Below the pieces are notes generated by a model. That model saw only the letters and a list, made by a program, of their open reading frames with translations, ran no database searches and was not told where the DNA came from. Source: Clostridia bacterium (lineage in GTDB: Bacteria; Bacillota; Clostridia; Christensenellales; RUG350). From it: a stretch of 64,000 nt of DNA. Shown here in pieces: positions 31,658-40,525 of the stretch. The position numbers were made by a program, and so were the translations under genes. How positions within the stretch are numbered: the first letter of the stretch is position 1; each line of letters begins with the position of its first letter. The stretch spans positions 2,330 to 66,329 of the forward strand of contig JAGBSX010000042.1 of NCBI GenBank assembly GCA_017631635.1. The letters are read 5' to 3'.

Positions 31658-32101
31658 CTATACCTCTTGCAAATGCTTCTCATACATAATAGCATCTTCT
31701 AGGTCTTGATAAAATCGAGGTCTCACTCCGACACTCTCAAATCCTAGTTTGTCATAAAGCGCTCTGGCAGGGGTATTTGACACTCTGCACTCTAGTCGCA
31801 CAATAGTAGAGCCCTCTTCACGAGCCACTCTCATCACGCTACTCATCAAGGAGTATGCTACGCCACGACCTCTACTAGATGAGGTGACTGCTACGTTGGT
31901 GATATCCACGTCTTCGCCCAGTATATACGCACCGACGTATCCTACCACCTCGCCGTCATCTACTGCTACCAAAAATCTAGCATAATCCTTGCCTAACGAC
32001 TCCTGTAGTTGGGCTTCGCTCCAAGGCTCGCCAAAGCACTCTTTCTCTATGAGAGCGACCGCGTGTATATCCTCGGTGGTCATACCTCTCACTATACACA
32101 T
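31658..32101 (-). CDS. rimI: Ribosomal-protein-alanine N-acetyltransferase
   Basis: 147 aa GNAT. VVGYVGAY..., NVAVTSSSRGRGVAYSLM, ARALYDKLGF. Located downstream of tsaB. Confidence 0.85.
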   Translation of the reverse strand: MCIVRGMTTEDIHAVALIEKECFGEPWSEAQLQESLGKDYARFLVAVDDGEVVGYVGAYILGEDVDITNVAVTSSSRGRGVAYSLMSSVMRVAREEGSTIVRLECRVSNTPARALYDKLGFESVGVRPRFYQDLEDAIMYEKHLQEV

Positions 32102-32634
32102 ATATTTCTCTCTGCCTCCGACTCACGCACGTACTTGGGTACGGCTTGCTCTACAGTAGTAGAGATATTTGCCCTCACGGCGTCTGCTATAGACTGTACG
32201 GATATGCGAGTAGGATCTAGATATACTACCTCTGCGCCTTGTAGAGAGTCTCCTCTCTCCACACTCAATAAGCCATCTCTCTTGACGTAATAATTACCGT
32301 GCTTGCAATCTATCGCACCTACTGTCAAGTATTTCAATTCGTTGGCGTCAAATGCGTCAAACTCCACCACTCTCTTGGAGGTGGCGTACGCCAAAGCGTT
32401 GACAGTATTCACACCTATCCTGATACCTGTAAACGAGCCAGGTCCTACGTCTACTGCATAAGCGTCTATATCCTCTATGCTCAAGCCGTTATCCCCTAGC
32501 ACCTTGTCTATAGTAGGCATCAAAGTCTGCGAGTGCGTGACTCCTGCATTTACCACTAGTCCCACCTCGCTATCCTCGGTGACTATGACTACAGCCATTA
32601 CCTTGGACTGTGTATCTACTGCTAGCACCCTCAT
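32092..32634 (-). CDS. tsaB: tRNA t6A biosynthesis protein TsaB (short form)
   Basis: 180 aa. MRVLAVDT..., VDVGPGSFTGIRIGV. Confidence 0.8.
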   Translation of the reverse strand: MRVLAVDTQSKVMAVVIVTEDSEVGLVVNAGVTHSQTLMPTIDKVLGDNGLSIEDIDAYAVDVGPGSFTGIRIGVNTVNALAYATSKRVVEFDAFDANELKYLTVGAIDCKHGNYYVKRDGLLSVERGDSLQGAEVVYLDPTRISVQSIADAVRANISTTVEQAVPKYVRESEAERNICV

Positions 32635-33602
32635 AATGATTTCTCCTTGGTGATAGTGATTTGTCTGCTATTTTGAGATAGTTTTTGAATACTCACTTTG
32701 TAGACGTTGGCTCTAGGTATAGAGGTCTTGTTCCACTCTATCACGCATATACCACCCTTGTCAAAGTACTCTTCTAGTCCTATACTATCTGCTTCGTCCT
32801 CATCTAGCCTATACATATCAAAGTGGTATAGCGCTATCTTGCCGTCATACTCTTTGACTATATTAAACGTAGGCGAAGTGACAGCCTCACGGACACCTAG
32901 CGCTCTGGCTATACCTTTGGTAAAGACAGTCTTGCCTGCGCCTAGGTCTCCCTCTAGTAGCACTATGTCGCCACCTTTGAGCCTAGCGCCCATCTCCCTC
33001 GCTCTATTGTATGTCTCTTTGTGCGAATTGGTGACTAGAGTACCCAACTTCACACCCTCCATAAATACTAGCCCTATTAGTCTGCCGACACCCTTGTACA
33101 GAGCAAAAGTAATGATAGAATTGATGAGTGGCTTGACGATATTAAATAGCAATATCCATATCATCAACGACCACACTACCTCTACACTCACGCCCATAAA
33201 TATAGGAGTGACTATTAGATTAGCCAAAAACATAACTATTAGCGAAATAGCCGTACCTAGTACCATAGAGATAATAGCGCCGTTTAGCGTCCTTTGACGC
33301 GAATATGTAATGCCTGCCACGATTACGTACGAGCCTGTGGAGAGTATATGCATAATCACTCCATACACTCCACTACTAGCACTCACGGTAAATCCTTGGA
33401 GTAGTGCCGTGGCTACCGTGAGCAATATACCCACCGTAGGTCCGTACAAAAACGTTCCCAAAAATATAAATATGTCTGCTGGATCATACTCCAAAAAACT
33501 CACAGCAGGAAAAATCGGCAATCTCACTATCATCACCGATACTATTGACAATGCTATTAGCATACCTGATACACACAATCTTCTAGTCGCATTACTTGCC
33601 AT
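32631..33602 (-). CDS. tsaE: Fusion: RibU-like ECF S-component membrane domain plus the tRNA t6A ATPase TsaE
   Basis: 323 aa. The N-terminal ~180 aa form a multi-TM region (FLEYDPADIFIFLGTFLYGPTVG). The C-terminus carries TsaE motifs: LEGDLGAGKTVFTKGIARALG, VTSPTFNIV, YHFDMYRL. Confidence 0.8.
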   Translation of the reverse strand: MASNATRRLCVSGMLIALSIVSVMIVRLPIFPAVSFLEYDPADIFIFLGTFLYGPTVGILLTVATALLQGFTVSASSGVYGVIMHILSTGSYVIVAGITYSRQRTLNGAIISMVLGTAISLIVMFLANLIVTPIFMGVSVEVVWSLMIWILLFNIVKPLINSIITFALYKGVGRLIGLVFMEGVKLGTLVTNSHKETYNRAREMGARLKGGDIVLLEGDLGAGKTVFTKGIARALGVREAVTSPTFNIVKEYDGKIALYHFDMYRLDEDEADSIGLEEYFDKGGICVIEWNKTSIPRANVYKVSIQKLSQNSRQITITKEKSL

Positions 33603-33603
33603 A

Positions 33604-33978
33604 TCAATTTCTCCTATCGTATATTATCTGCAAACGTTTGATACAGTTAGCGTAATCTTGCTTTTGCTTGCTTCTCTTGATGAGATAATACGCCCCGTCG
33701 TCTATCATTACCCTATGCACTACACCCTCTCTATCTAGAGCCTCCTCCACGGCTAATATTAGCGACTCTCTCTCGGACACTCTGAGTGGGACGGTACTCA
33801 TAGCGAGGTACACTATATCCTCATAATATATACACTCACACCTAGTCACGCTATCGTATGAGTAGGCTATATCCATAGCCCTATTCTCCACCTCTATCAG
33901 TGGGGACAACGCCATCACTATACACATCAATACAGTCATACTGCCTCCTATGTATAGTCTGTAGTGAAGGCTAGTCAA
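33604..33978 (-). CDS. Hypothetical protein with an N-terminal hydrophobic segment
   Basis: 124 aa, tightly packed between rsfS and tsaE. No confident family call. Confidence 0.4.
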   Translation of the reverse strand: MTSLHYRLYIGGSMTVLMCIVMALSPLIEVENRAMDIAYSYDSVTRCECIYYEDIVYLAMSTVPLRVSERESLILAVEEALDREGVVHRVMIDDGAYYLIKRSKQKQDYANCIKRLQIIYDRRN

Positions 33979-34309
33979 CCACTCTATTTTTCGCCCAAAG
34001 TTTCTCTAGTTGATAAGATTGTCTTATCTCTGGGAGCATCACGTGTACTAGTACGTCTCCGTAATCTAACACACTCCACACTCCACCAGTCATACCCTCT
34101 TTGCGTAGCGCGAAGATATTGTCCTCTTTCTCTAGCACCTCTTCTACTCTCTCTCCTAGAGACTTGACGTGAGTGCTAGCACGACCACTACATATTATCA
34201 TATAGTCGGTCACGGTGGTGAGGTCCTTGACCTCTAGCACCTCTATATCTATCGCTTGCCTATCATCTAGTATGTCGGTTATTCTCTTGACCAAATCCAA
34301 AGTATTCAT
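33971..34309 (-). CDS. rsfS: Ribosome silencing factor RsfS
   Basis: 112 aa. DYMIICSGRASTHVKSL...WSVLDYGDVLVHVM is the RsfS/iojap signature. Confidence 0.88.
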   Translation of the reverse strand: MNTLDLVKRITDILDDRQAIDIEVLEVKDLTTVTDYMIICSGRASTHVKSLGERVEEVLEKEDNIFALRKEGMTGGVWSVLDYGDVLVHVMLPEIRQSYQLEKLWAKNRVVD

Positions 34310-34312
34310 ATA

Positions 34313-35407
34313 TCATTCCTCCATTGCTTGTATAGTGAGTGGGTACACCTTATCCCCTTTGCCTAGTACAAAGTGATAACTATCTTTGACAGCCTCTCGA
34401 TAGGCTACCTCTATATCTTGGTATGCCAATCGGCGAAGTTTGTCCACCTCAGGATAATCTCTGCTAGGCTCTATCATATCTGCTAGATACACTATCTTCT
34501 CTAGTGGAGATTGCCCTCTCCTAGCAGTGGTGTGATACCTGATAGCGTTGAGTATATCCTCATCCTGCACACCGTACAGATGCTCTGCCGTGTACGCTCC
34601 ACTAAACTGGTGCGCCACCTCGCTACCTACACTATCAGGTGGTATGACGTCGCAGTTGATATGATATTTGTCTATATCGTGCAGTAGCGACGCTCTAAAT
34701 ACTTTGTCAAAGGATAGCCCTACTTGAGCATTTAGCACGAGTGCCGTCTCCACTACGCCTATGGTATGTAGATATCTCTTGTCGCCTATGCGCTCTCTCA
34801 CGGAGGCTACCATCTCTTTATAATTGTGATACAGTCCCTCTCTCTCTATATAATCAGCCACTTGTGGTGGTACTAGGCTAGAGATATCTCCACCTACCTC
34901 CACTAGACCTCTTATCAATGATGAGGACACGTGAGTACCACTATAATCCAACCTAATTATATTCGCTCCGTCCTCTATCGCCCTCTTGATAGTATCATCT
35001 GCATCTACACTTCTATTTGACCTACCGCATACACATATGGTCGCTAGTGCGAATATCTCCTCAGGGTGATACCACTTGTATATATCAGCCATAGAGTCCT
35101 CTCCTATCACGTACACGTATGAGTGAGGTGTATGAGAGGTGAGGTATTTGAGAGTATTGATAGTGTAGTTTGGCGCAGGCAATCTACTCTCTAGGTCGCT
35201 AACCTCCACTCCCTCTATCCCTTCTAGCGCTAGTCGTAGCATAGCGATACGGTGGGTGTAGTCGGTAGTAGTATTCTTGTGAGGAGGATTGGCTGATGGC
35301 AACACAATCACACTATCTAGACCCAAGGTCGAGATAATGCTACGCACTATATCTATATGCTCATTGTGTACAGGGTCAAACGTCCCCCCATATATACCTA
35401 CTTTCAT
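34313..35407 (-). CDS. nadD: Fusion of nicotinate-nucleotide adenylyltransferase NadD and the HD phosphohydrolase YqeK
   Basis: 364 aa. GGTFDPVHNEH at the N-terminus. The C-terminal half carries HD motifs (RYLHTIGV...LLHDIDK). Confidence 0.88.
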   Translation of the reverse strand: MKVGIYGGTFDPVHNEHIDIVRSIISTLGLDSVIVLPSANPPHKNTTTDYTHRIAMLRLALEGIEGVEVSDLESRLPAPNYTINTLKYLTSHTPHSYVYVIGEDSMADIYKWYHPEEIFALATICVCGRSNRSVDADDTIKRAIEDGANIIRLDYSGTHVSSSLIRGLVEVGGDISSLVPPQVADYIEREGLYHNYKEMVASVRERIGDKRYLHTIGVVETALVLNAQVGLSFDKVFRASLLHDIDKYHINCDVIPPDSVGSEVAHQFSGAYTAEHLYGVQDEDILNAIRYHTTARRGQSPLEKIVYLADMIEPSRDYPEVDKLRRLAYQDIEVAYREAVKDSYHFVLGKGDKVYPLTIQAMEE

Positions 35408-35488
35408 ATAGTTATTATATCATCAAAAGTTGTGTTTTATCAAATATTTTGAGAGTATTAAATATGCTATAACGAAAATAATTGTAGT

Positions 35489-36199
35489 ATGAAAGGTATA
35501 TTGGACAAAATAGTATTGTATATCACGGTGTCGGTGCTATGTCTGTCGTGGTTGTGGTACTTAAAAATTAACATCAGCCTAGCATTGAGCATATCGTTGA
35601 TAGTAGGGCTAGTAGTGTGTATGGTAGTGTACAAGGGAGAGGGCAAGATACCTCTGAGCAGATATATAGATTATCTACGCACCCTAGATGAGAGAGAATT
35701 GTATGAGCATATCGCGAGATATATCCACACCTCTTACGAGGCAAAAGTAGAGGATAGCCACCTATCTCTCAATGACGGTAGCGTACTAGTAGCACAGATA
35801 GGCTACTCCACCCCTAGCAAAGACTATATGGCATCATTGTATCGCCGATACAAGGGAACAGATAGGATATATCTATTTACTCCTCACGACACCAAGGGGC
35901 TACTGGCTTATAGCAAAGCAAAAGTAATCCCTCTGCACCCTAGGACTCTGCTAAAGAAATTAGTCAAACTAGGGTTTACTCTCCCCACCACTCCCAAGAA
36001 AAAGGTAGACCTCTCCACCATATTTCAACGCAGTCGAGCCAAATATTATTTGTTTAGTGGAGTAGTACTTATGCTAAATATATTTCTCTACACGCCATAC
36101 CGACTCTACTACGTCATCACTAGTTCTCTACTGCTGACGATGGCACTATTTTGTCTATTTAGCAAACCTACCAAAAAACAAATCAACTTGTTTGAATAA
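35489..36199 (+). CDS. Hypothetical membrane protein
   Basis: 236 aa. Two N-terminal and two C-terminal TM helices flank a soluble domain. Confidence 0.5.
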   Translation: MKGILDKIVLYITVSVLCLSWLWYLKINISLALSISLIVGLVVCMVVYKGEGKIPLSRYIDYLRTLDERELYEHIARYIHTSYEAKVEDSHLSLNDGSVLVAQIGYSTPSKDYMASLYRRYKGTDRIYLFTPHDTKGLLAYSKAKVIPLHPRTLLKKLVKLGFTLPTTPKKKVDLSTIFQRSRAKYYLFSGVVLMLNIFLYTPYRLYYVITSSLLLTMALFCLFSKPTKKQINLFE

Positions 36200-36200
36200 A

Positions 36201-36228
36201 AAAAGACCTCGTGAGGTCTTTTTTTTGA
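36201..36228. terminator. Bidirectional terminator
   Basis: aaaaaagacctcgtgaggtctttttttt. Confidence 0.8.
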
Positions 36229-36238
36229 TTGTCAACTA

Positions 36239-36796
36239 CTATTTATCAAATATATTTATTATTTGTTTGTTTTTTCGCTTTGCACAAGCAAATGCGAGCA
36301 CAGTTCCACTTTTGGGCTGATAGTATCCAAAACTTTTTTTTGAGCATTTTCTCATCGTGGGTTGATAGTTGTGGTCATAATAAAACACGCAAAAATCACT
36401 ATCTCTTATCATCGCTTGATTTCTCACTACATAACTTGCTTTGCCACTATCATATTTCGTCTTGTGTTCATATTCCTCTTCAACTGCGAGCAAATAGACT
36501 TTCTCTTTGTGAAAATGCGAATATATTTCCTGCCATTTCTCTCTTTCACTTTCTAGTATACACACTTCACTTTTGCAAGTATATGCGATTCTTTTGATAT
36601 TCGAATATTTTTCTCTCAATTCGCTGACTACCGAGTGACATAAGTTATCAAATTCACTTCGGCTACCAAACAAAAAAGTTTGTACATTGTGATTAACTAT
36701 CAAATCTTCAACAACGCTTTTTACTAATTCCTTTAATTCTTCGCTTACTTTTATTTTTCTATGTCCAAAAAACGAACAAACTTTATGTATACCCAC
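36239..36796 (-). CDS. SLOG-fold DUF1273/YpsA-like protein
   Basis: 185 aa. CSFFGHRKI at the N-terminus, FLFGSRSEFD, and NQAMIRDSDFCVFYYD resemble the DUF1273 pattern (GHR, G..G.D, RN..mvd.sD). Confidence 0.55.
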   Translation of the reverse strand: MGIHKVCSFFGHRKIKVSEELKELVKSVVEDLIVNHNVQTFLFGSRSEFDNLCHSVVSELREKYSNIKRIAYTCKSEVCILESEREKWQEIYSHFHKEKVYLLAVEEEYEHKTKYDSGKASYVVRNQAMIRDSDFCVFYYDHNYQPTMRKCSKKSFGYYQPKSGTVLAFACAKRKNKQIINIFDK

Positions 36797-36970
36797 TATA
36801 AAAACCTCCCAAAATATTCATTTTTGAATACTCACACTAATCATTATAGCATATTTTATGTTTGTGCGTATTCAAAATGCATATTTTAACAATAATTTTA
36901 TGTATGGAGTTTTCTATGCTTAACAGATACTAATTTATAATTATTGTATCAAAGTAATTTGAGGGGATTT

Positions 36971-37270
36971 ATGGAAATTAAAGAGATTTTGTTAAGAATT
37001 GGTTACGTAAGGAATAATGCTAATTTGTCTGCAAGAGAAGTTAGTATGAGAATGGGTATGAGTCCTCAATACGTCGCTCAAGTTGAGAGTGGCAGGATAG
37101 TTTTGACTGTAGAAAAGTTAATGCAAATTTTGGAAATTTGCGAATTCCCTATAGAGAGATTTTTTAGTTCAAATATCGCTGATTATCACACTGACAACGA
37201 ATTAAAAACTTTAATCGAATCACTACCTCTAGACAAGAAGAAAAACATCATAGAATTTATCAAAAATTAA
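36971..37270 (+). CDS. XRE-family helix-turn-helix protein
   Basis: LSAREVSMRMGMSPQYVAQVESGR. Start set at the ATG after a GAGGGG RBS. Divergent from the SLOG gene. Confidence 0.75.
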   Translation: MEIKEILLRIGYVRNNANLSAREVSMRMGMSPQYVAQVESGRIVLTVEKLMQILEICEFPIERFFSSNIADYHTDNELKTLIESLPLDKKKNIIEFIKN

Positions 37271-37274
37271 ATAA

Positions 37275-37312
37275 AAATAAAACACATACGGACTTGTATG
37301 TGTTTTATTTTT
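37275..37312. terminator. Bidirectional terminator
   Basis: aaaacacatac-ggact-tgtatgtgtttt followed by attttttat. Confidence 0.8.
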
Positions 37313-37328
37313 TATACTTATTTTATCC

Positions 37329-37856
37329 TTATACTCTACCTGTCTCTGAGGTACGGCGTTTGCCACGAGGAGCAGTAGGTCTAGTAGCGCCCTTGCCCTC
37401 TATACCTCTAGCAGTAGTCTTGGATACACCGTGAGAGGTGGTGCGTGCAGTAGACTTGGTACTAGTACGTGGTCTCTCCTCATATAGAGGTTTGCTCTGT
37501 CTATCTAGATACTTGGTCTTGTTGCCACCCAGTTGCTTACCTGTAGAGGTGTTTTTGGGTTTCTTTACCTCTCCACCTAGTAGATGTTCCTTGACTCTAG
37601 GACTCTTCTTGTAGAGGATAAATTTGCTACCTATGATAGTCACCACTTCGGAGTCGGTGAGTCTAGCAGTCTCCTCTGCAAAATCTAGGGGCGAACCTGC
37701 ATTTTTGAGTACGGACACCTTGACTATCTCGTGAGCAAGTAACCCTTGCTTGACTGACTTGATGAAATTGTCGCTAATAGTACCTTTGCCTAGTTGCATA
37801 TCAGGTATCTTGGTAGCGGCTGATTTTAATATACTTCTATCTTTACTCGTCAACAT
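37329..37856 (-). CDS. yhbY: YhbY/CRS1-type RNA-binding protein with a long basic C-terminal tail
   Basis: 175 aa. LTSKDRSILKSAA...LGKGTISDNFIKSVKQGLLAHEIVKV. Lies downstream of obg. Confidence 0.75.
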   Translation of the reverse strand: MLTSKDRSILKSAATKIPDMQLGKGTISDNFIKSVKQGLLAHEIVKVSVLKNAGSPLDFAEETARLTDSEVVTIIGSKFILYKKSPRVKEHLLGGEVKKPKNTSTGKQLGGNKTKYLDRQSKPLYEERPRTSTKSTARTTSHGVSKTTARGIEGKGATRPTAPRGKRRTSETGRV

Positions 37857-37858
37857 AA

Positions 37859-39121
37859 TTACTCCACAAAATCAAATTCGGTATCTTCTATGCGTATGAC
37901 GTCTCCGTCGGTAGCGCCCATATCTTTGAGAGCCTTGATGACACCCTTGTCCCTCAAGGTCTTTTGGAAATATCTAAATGAATCTAGGTCGTCTAGCACG
38001 ATATTGCGCACTAGCATATCTATCAATCCACCCGTGAGTACGTACGCACCGTCTTCGTCTACGGATATGTCGTAAGAATTATTGTCCTCTTTCGCATACT
38101 CAAACGGCTCAAACTCCATAGGCGCGACCTTGGGGATATCCTCTAGTTTTTTGCCTATTAGTTCGACGAGGTCTCTGATACCCTCTCCTGTGATGGCAGA
38201 TATACGTATGACCTTAGCGCCAGTCTCTCTCTCAAAACGCGCTATGACATCTTCTATATCGTATACGCAATCACACTTGTTGGCGACGACTATCTGTGGT
38301 AGAGACGCCAACTTCTCACTATAGGTAGACAACTCTTGATTTATCTTGAAGTAGTCCTCTACTGGGTCTCTGCCCTCCATACCTGATATATCTACCACGT
38401 GCACTACTAGTCGAACTCTCTCTATGTGCCTCAAGAATTCGTGTCCTAGTCCTGCGCCATCAGCAGCGCCCTCTATGAGTCCTGGGATATCTGCCATTAC
38501 GAAACTATCGTCGTGATATCTCACCACTCCTAGATTTGGCGACAATGTAGTGAAGTGATAATTGGCTATCTTTGGCTTGGCGGCAGACACACGGCTGAGT
38601 AGTGTAGATTTGCCTACGTTTGGAAATCCTGCTAGTCCTACGTCTGCGATAGTCTTGAGTTCGAGTATGACGCTATGCTCTTCGGTAATCACACCCTTTT
38701 GCGAAAAGCCAGGTGTCCTACGAGTAGAGGTAGCGAATCTAGCATTACCTTTACCACCTTTGCCACCGTAGGCTACGATTACCTCTTGGTCGTCATAAAA
38801 CATATCTGCTAGTATGCCACCCGTATCATAATCCCTGATGATAGTACCCTTGGGTACGGATATGACCAAGTCCTCTCCATTTTTGCCACGGCAAAATCCA
38901 CCCTCTCCTTTCGCACCGTTGCCTGCTCTATAATGCTGGGCATAGCGAAAGTCTATGAGAGTGTTTTTGGAGGGGTCTGTCCTAAAGATAACGTTGCCAC
39001 CATTACCTCCATCTCCACCGTTTGGGCCACCTGCGGCGACGTACTTCTCTCTATGAAAAGATACTGCACCGTCACCACCGTTGCCTGCTTTGATATATAT
39101 CCTAGACTTGTCTACAAACAT
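37859..39121 (-). CDS. obg: GTPase Obg/CgtA
   Basis: 420 aa. MFVDKSRIYIKAGNGGDGAVSFHREKYV, GFPNVGKSTLLS, C-terminal OCT domain. Confidence 0.95.
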   Translation of the reverse strand: MFVDKSRIYIKAGNGGDGAVSFHREKYVAAGGPNGGDGGNGGNVIFRTDPSKNTLIDFRYAQHYRAGNGAKGEGGFCRGKNGEDLVISVPKGTIIRDYDTGGILADMFYDDQEVIVAYGGKGGKGNARFATSTRRTPGFSQKGVITEEHSVILELKTIADVGLAGFPNVGKSTLLSRVSAAKPKIANYHFTTLSPNLGVVRYHDDSFVMADIPGLIEGAADGAGLGHEFLRHIERVRLVVHVVDISGMEGRDPVEDYFKINQELSTYSEKLASLPQIVVANKCDCVYDIEDVIARFERETGAKVIRISAITGEGIRDLVELIGKKLEDIPKVAPMEFEPFEYAKEDNNSYDISVDEDGAYVLTGGLIDMLVRNIVLDDLDSFRYFQKTLRDKGVIKALKDMGATDGDVIRIEDTEFDFVE

Positions 39122-39147
39122 ACTGATTAATTATAGATATTATTACC

Positions 39148-40521
39148 TTATTTATTCATACTCTCTATGATAGCACGAGCGGCTTGCTTGCCTGCGCCCA
39201 TAGCGAGTATTACTGTGGCTGCACCTGTCACGGCGTCTCCACCTGCATATACACCCTCGATAGAGGTCTCTAGAGTCTCTTCGTTGACTACGATAGTACC
39301 CTTGCCCTTGGTCTCGAGAGCATCACAACTCTTCTTGAGTAGTGGGTTTGGCGAAGTACCTATAGACATGATGACTTGGTCACACTCTATCACAAATTCG
39401 CTACCCTCTACGACTACTGGTCTACGTCTACCACTCTCGTCTGGCTCGGTGAGTGCCATACGCACACACTTGATACCCTCGACCTTGGTAGTACCTAGTA
39501 TCTCGATAGGATTGGTGAGTAGTTCGAGTTTGACACCCTCTTGCTCTGCGTGTATTATCTCCTCTGCACGAGCAGGCATCTCCTCTCTACCTCTACGATA
39601 TACTATGCTCACCTCTTCTGCACCCATACGGAGTGTGGTACGTGCTGCGTCCATAGCGACGTTGCCTGCACCTACTACTACCGACTTCTTGGCACGTTGT
39701 ACTGGGGTGATAGCGCCCTCTTGATAAGCCTTCATTAGGTTGACACGAGTGAGATATTCGTTGGCGCTATATACACCGCTGAGACTCTCTCCTGGTATAT
39801 TCATAAATGTAGGCAATCCTGCACCTGTACCGATAAATACTGCGTCGTTCTCCTCTTTGAGTTCTTCGAGAGTGATGGTCTTGCCTATGATGACGTTGAG
39901 TTTTATCTCTACGCCTAGTTTCTTGAGATTGTCTATCTCGCTCTGCACTAGGTCCTTTGGCAATCTAAACTCTGGTATACCGTACACTAGCACTCCACCT
40001 GCCTTGTGGAAAGCCTCGTATATAGTCACCTTAAATCCATTTTTGGCTAGGTCTGCAGCACACGCTAGTCCTGCAGGTCCACTACCTACTACGGCTGCCT
40101 TGTATACCTGAGGTGGGATATCTTTGACATCTAGTCCACCATTTTTTCTATTGTAGTCGGCTACGTATCTCTCTAGTAGTCCTATGGCTACCGAGCCACC
40201 TAGTTTTGCCTTGCGTATGCAATATTTCTCACATTGGGACTCTTGAGGGCATACTCTACCACATATAGCAGGTAGGTTGCTATCTTGGGCGATAATCTCG
40301 CCAGCCTTCTTGATATCTCCCTCTTTGATCGCTCCTATAAATGCAGGTATATTGATACCTACTGGGCAACCTTTCATACATTGTGCATTTTTACAACCTA
40401 TGCACCTGTCTGCCTCCATACGGGCTAGTTCGTCGTCAAATCCTAGCGATACCTCGTCAAAATTGTGAGCACGCACCTTAGGATCTTGCTCTATAGGATG
40501 ATTTCTCTCAGTCGTATTCAT
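39148..40521 (-). CDS. NfnB-like / glutamate synthase small-subunit-like NADPH oxidoreductase
   Basis: 457 aa. Cys clusters CIGCKNAQCMKGCP and CGRVCPQESQCEKYC. VVGSGPAGLACA dinucleotide motif. Confidence 0.85.
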   Translation of the reverse strand: MNTTERNHPIEQDPKVRAHNFDEVSLGFDDELARMEADRCIGCKNAQCMKGCPVGINIPAFIGAIKEGDIKKAGEIIAQDSNLPAICGRVCPQESQCEKYCIRKAKLGGSVAIGLLERYVADYNRKNGGLDVKDIPPQVYKAAVVGSGPAGLACAADLAKNGFKVTIYEAFHKAGGVLVYGIPEFRLPKDLVQSEIDNLKKLGVEIKLNVIIGKTITLEELKEENDAVFIGTGAGLPTFMNIPGESLSGVYSANEYLTRVNLMKAYQEGAITPVQRAKKSVVVGAGNVAMDAARTTLRMGAEEVSIVYRRGREEMPARAEEIIHAEQEGVKLELLTNPIEILGTTKVEGIKCVRMALTEPDESGRRRPVVVEGSEFVIECDQVIMSIGTSPNPLLKKSCDALETKGKGTIVVNEETLETSIEGVYAGGDAVTGAATVILAMGAGKQAARAIIESMNK

Positions 40522-40525
40522 AGGT

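Noticed and set aside
36229-36597. 122-aa plus-strand ORF overlapping the SLOG gene
   Set aside because: It is a shadow frame of the SLOG/DUF1273-like gene, which has recognisable motifs and a divergent-promoter context. The ORF has unusual Cys/His/Phe-rich composition and no RBS.
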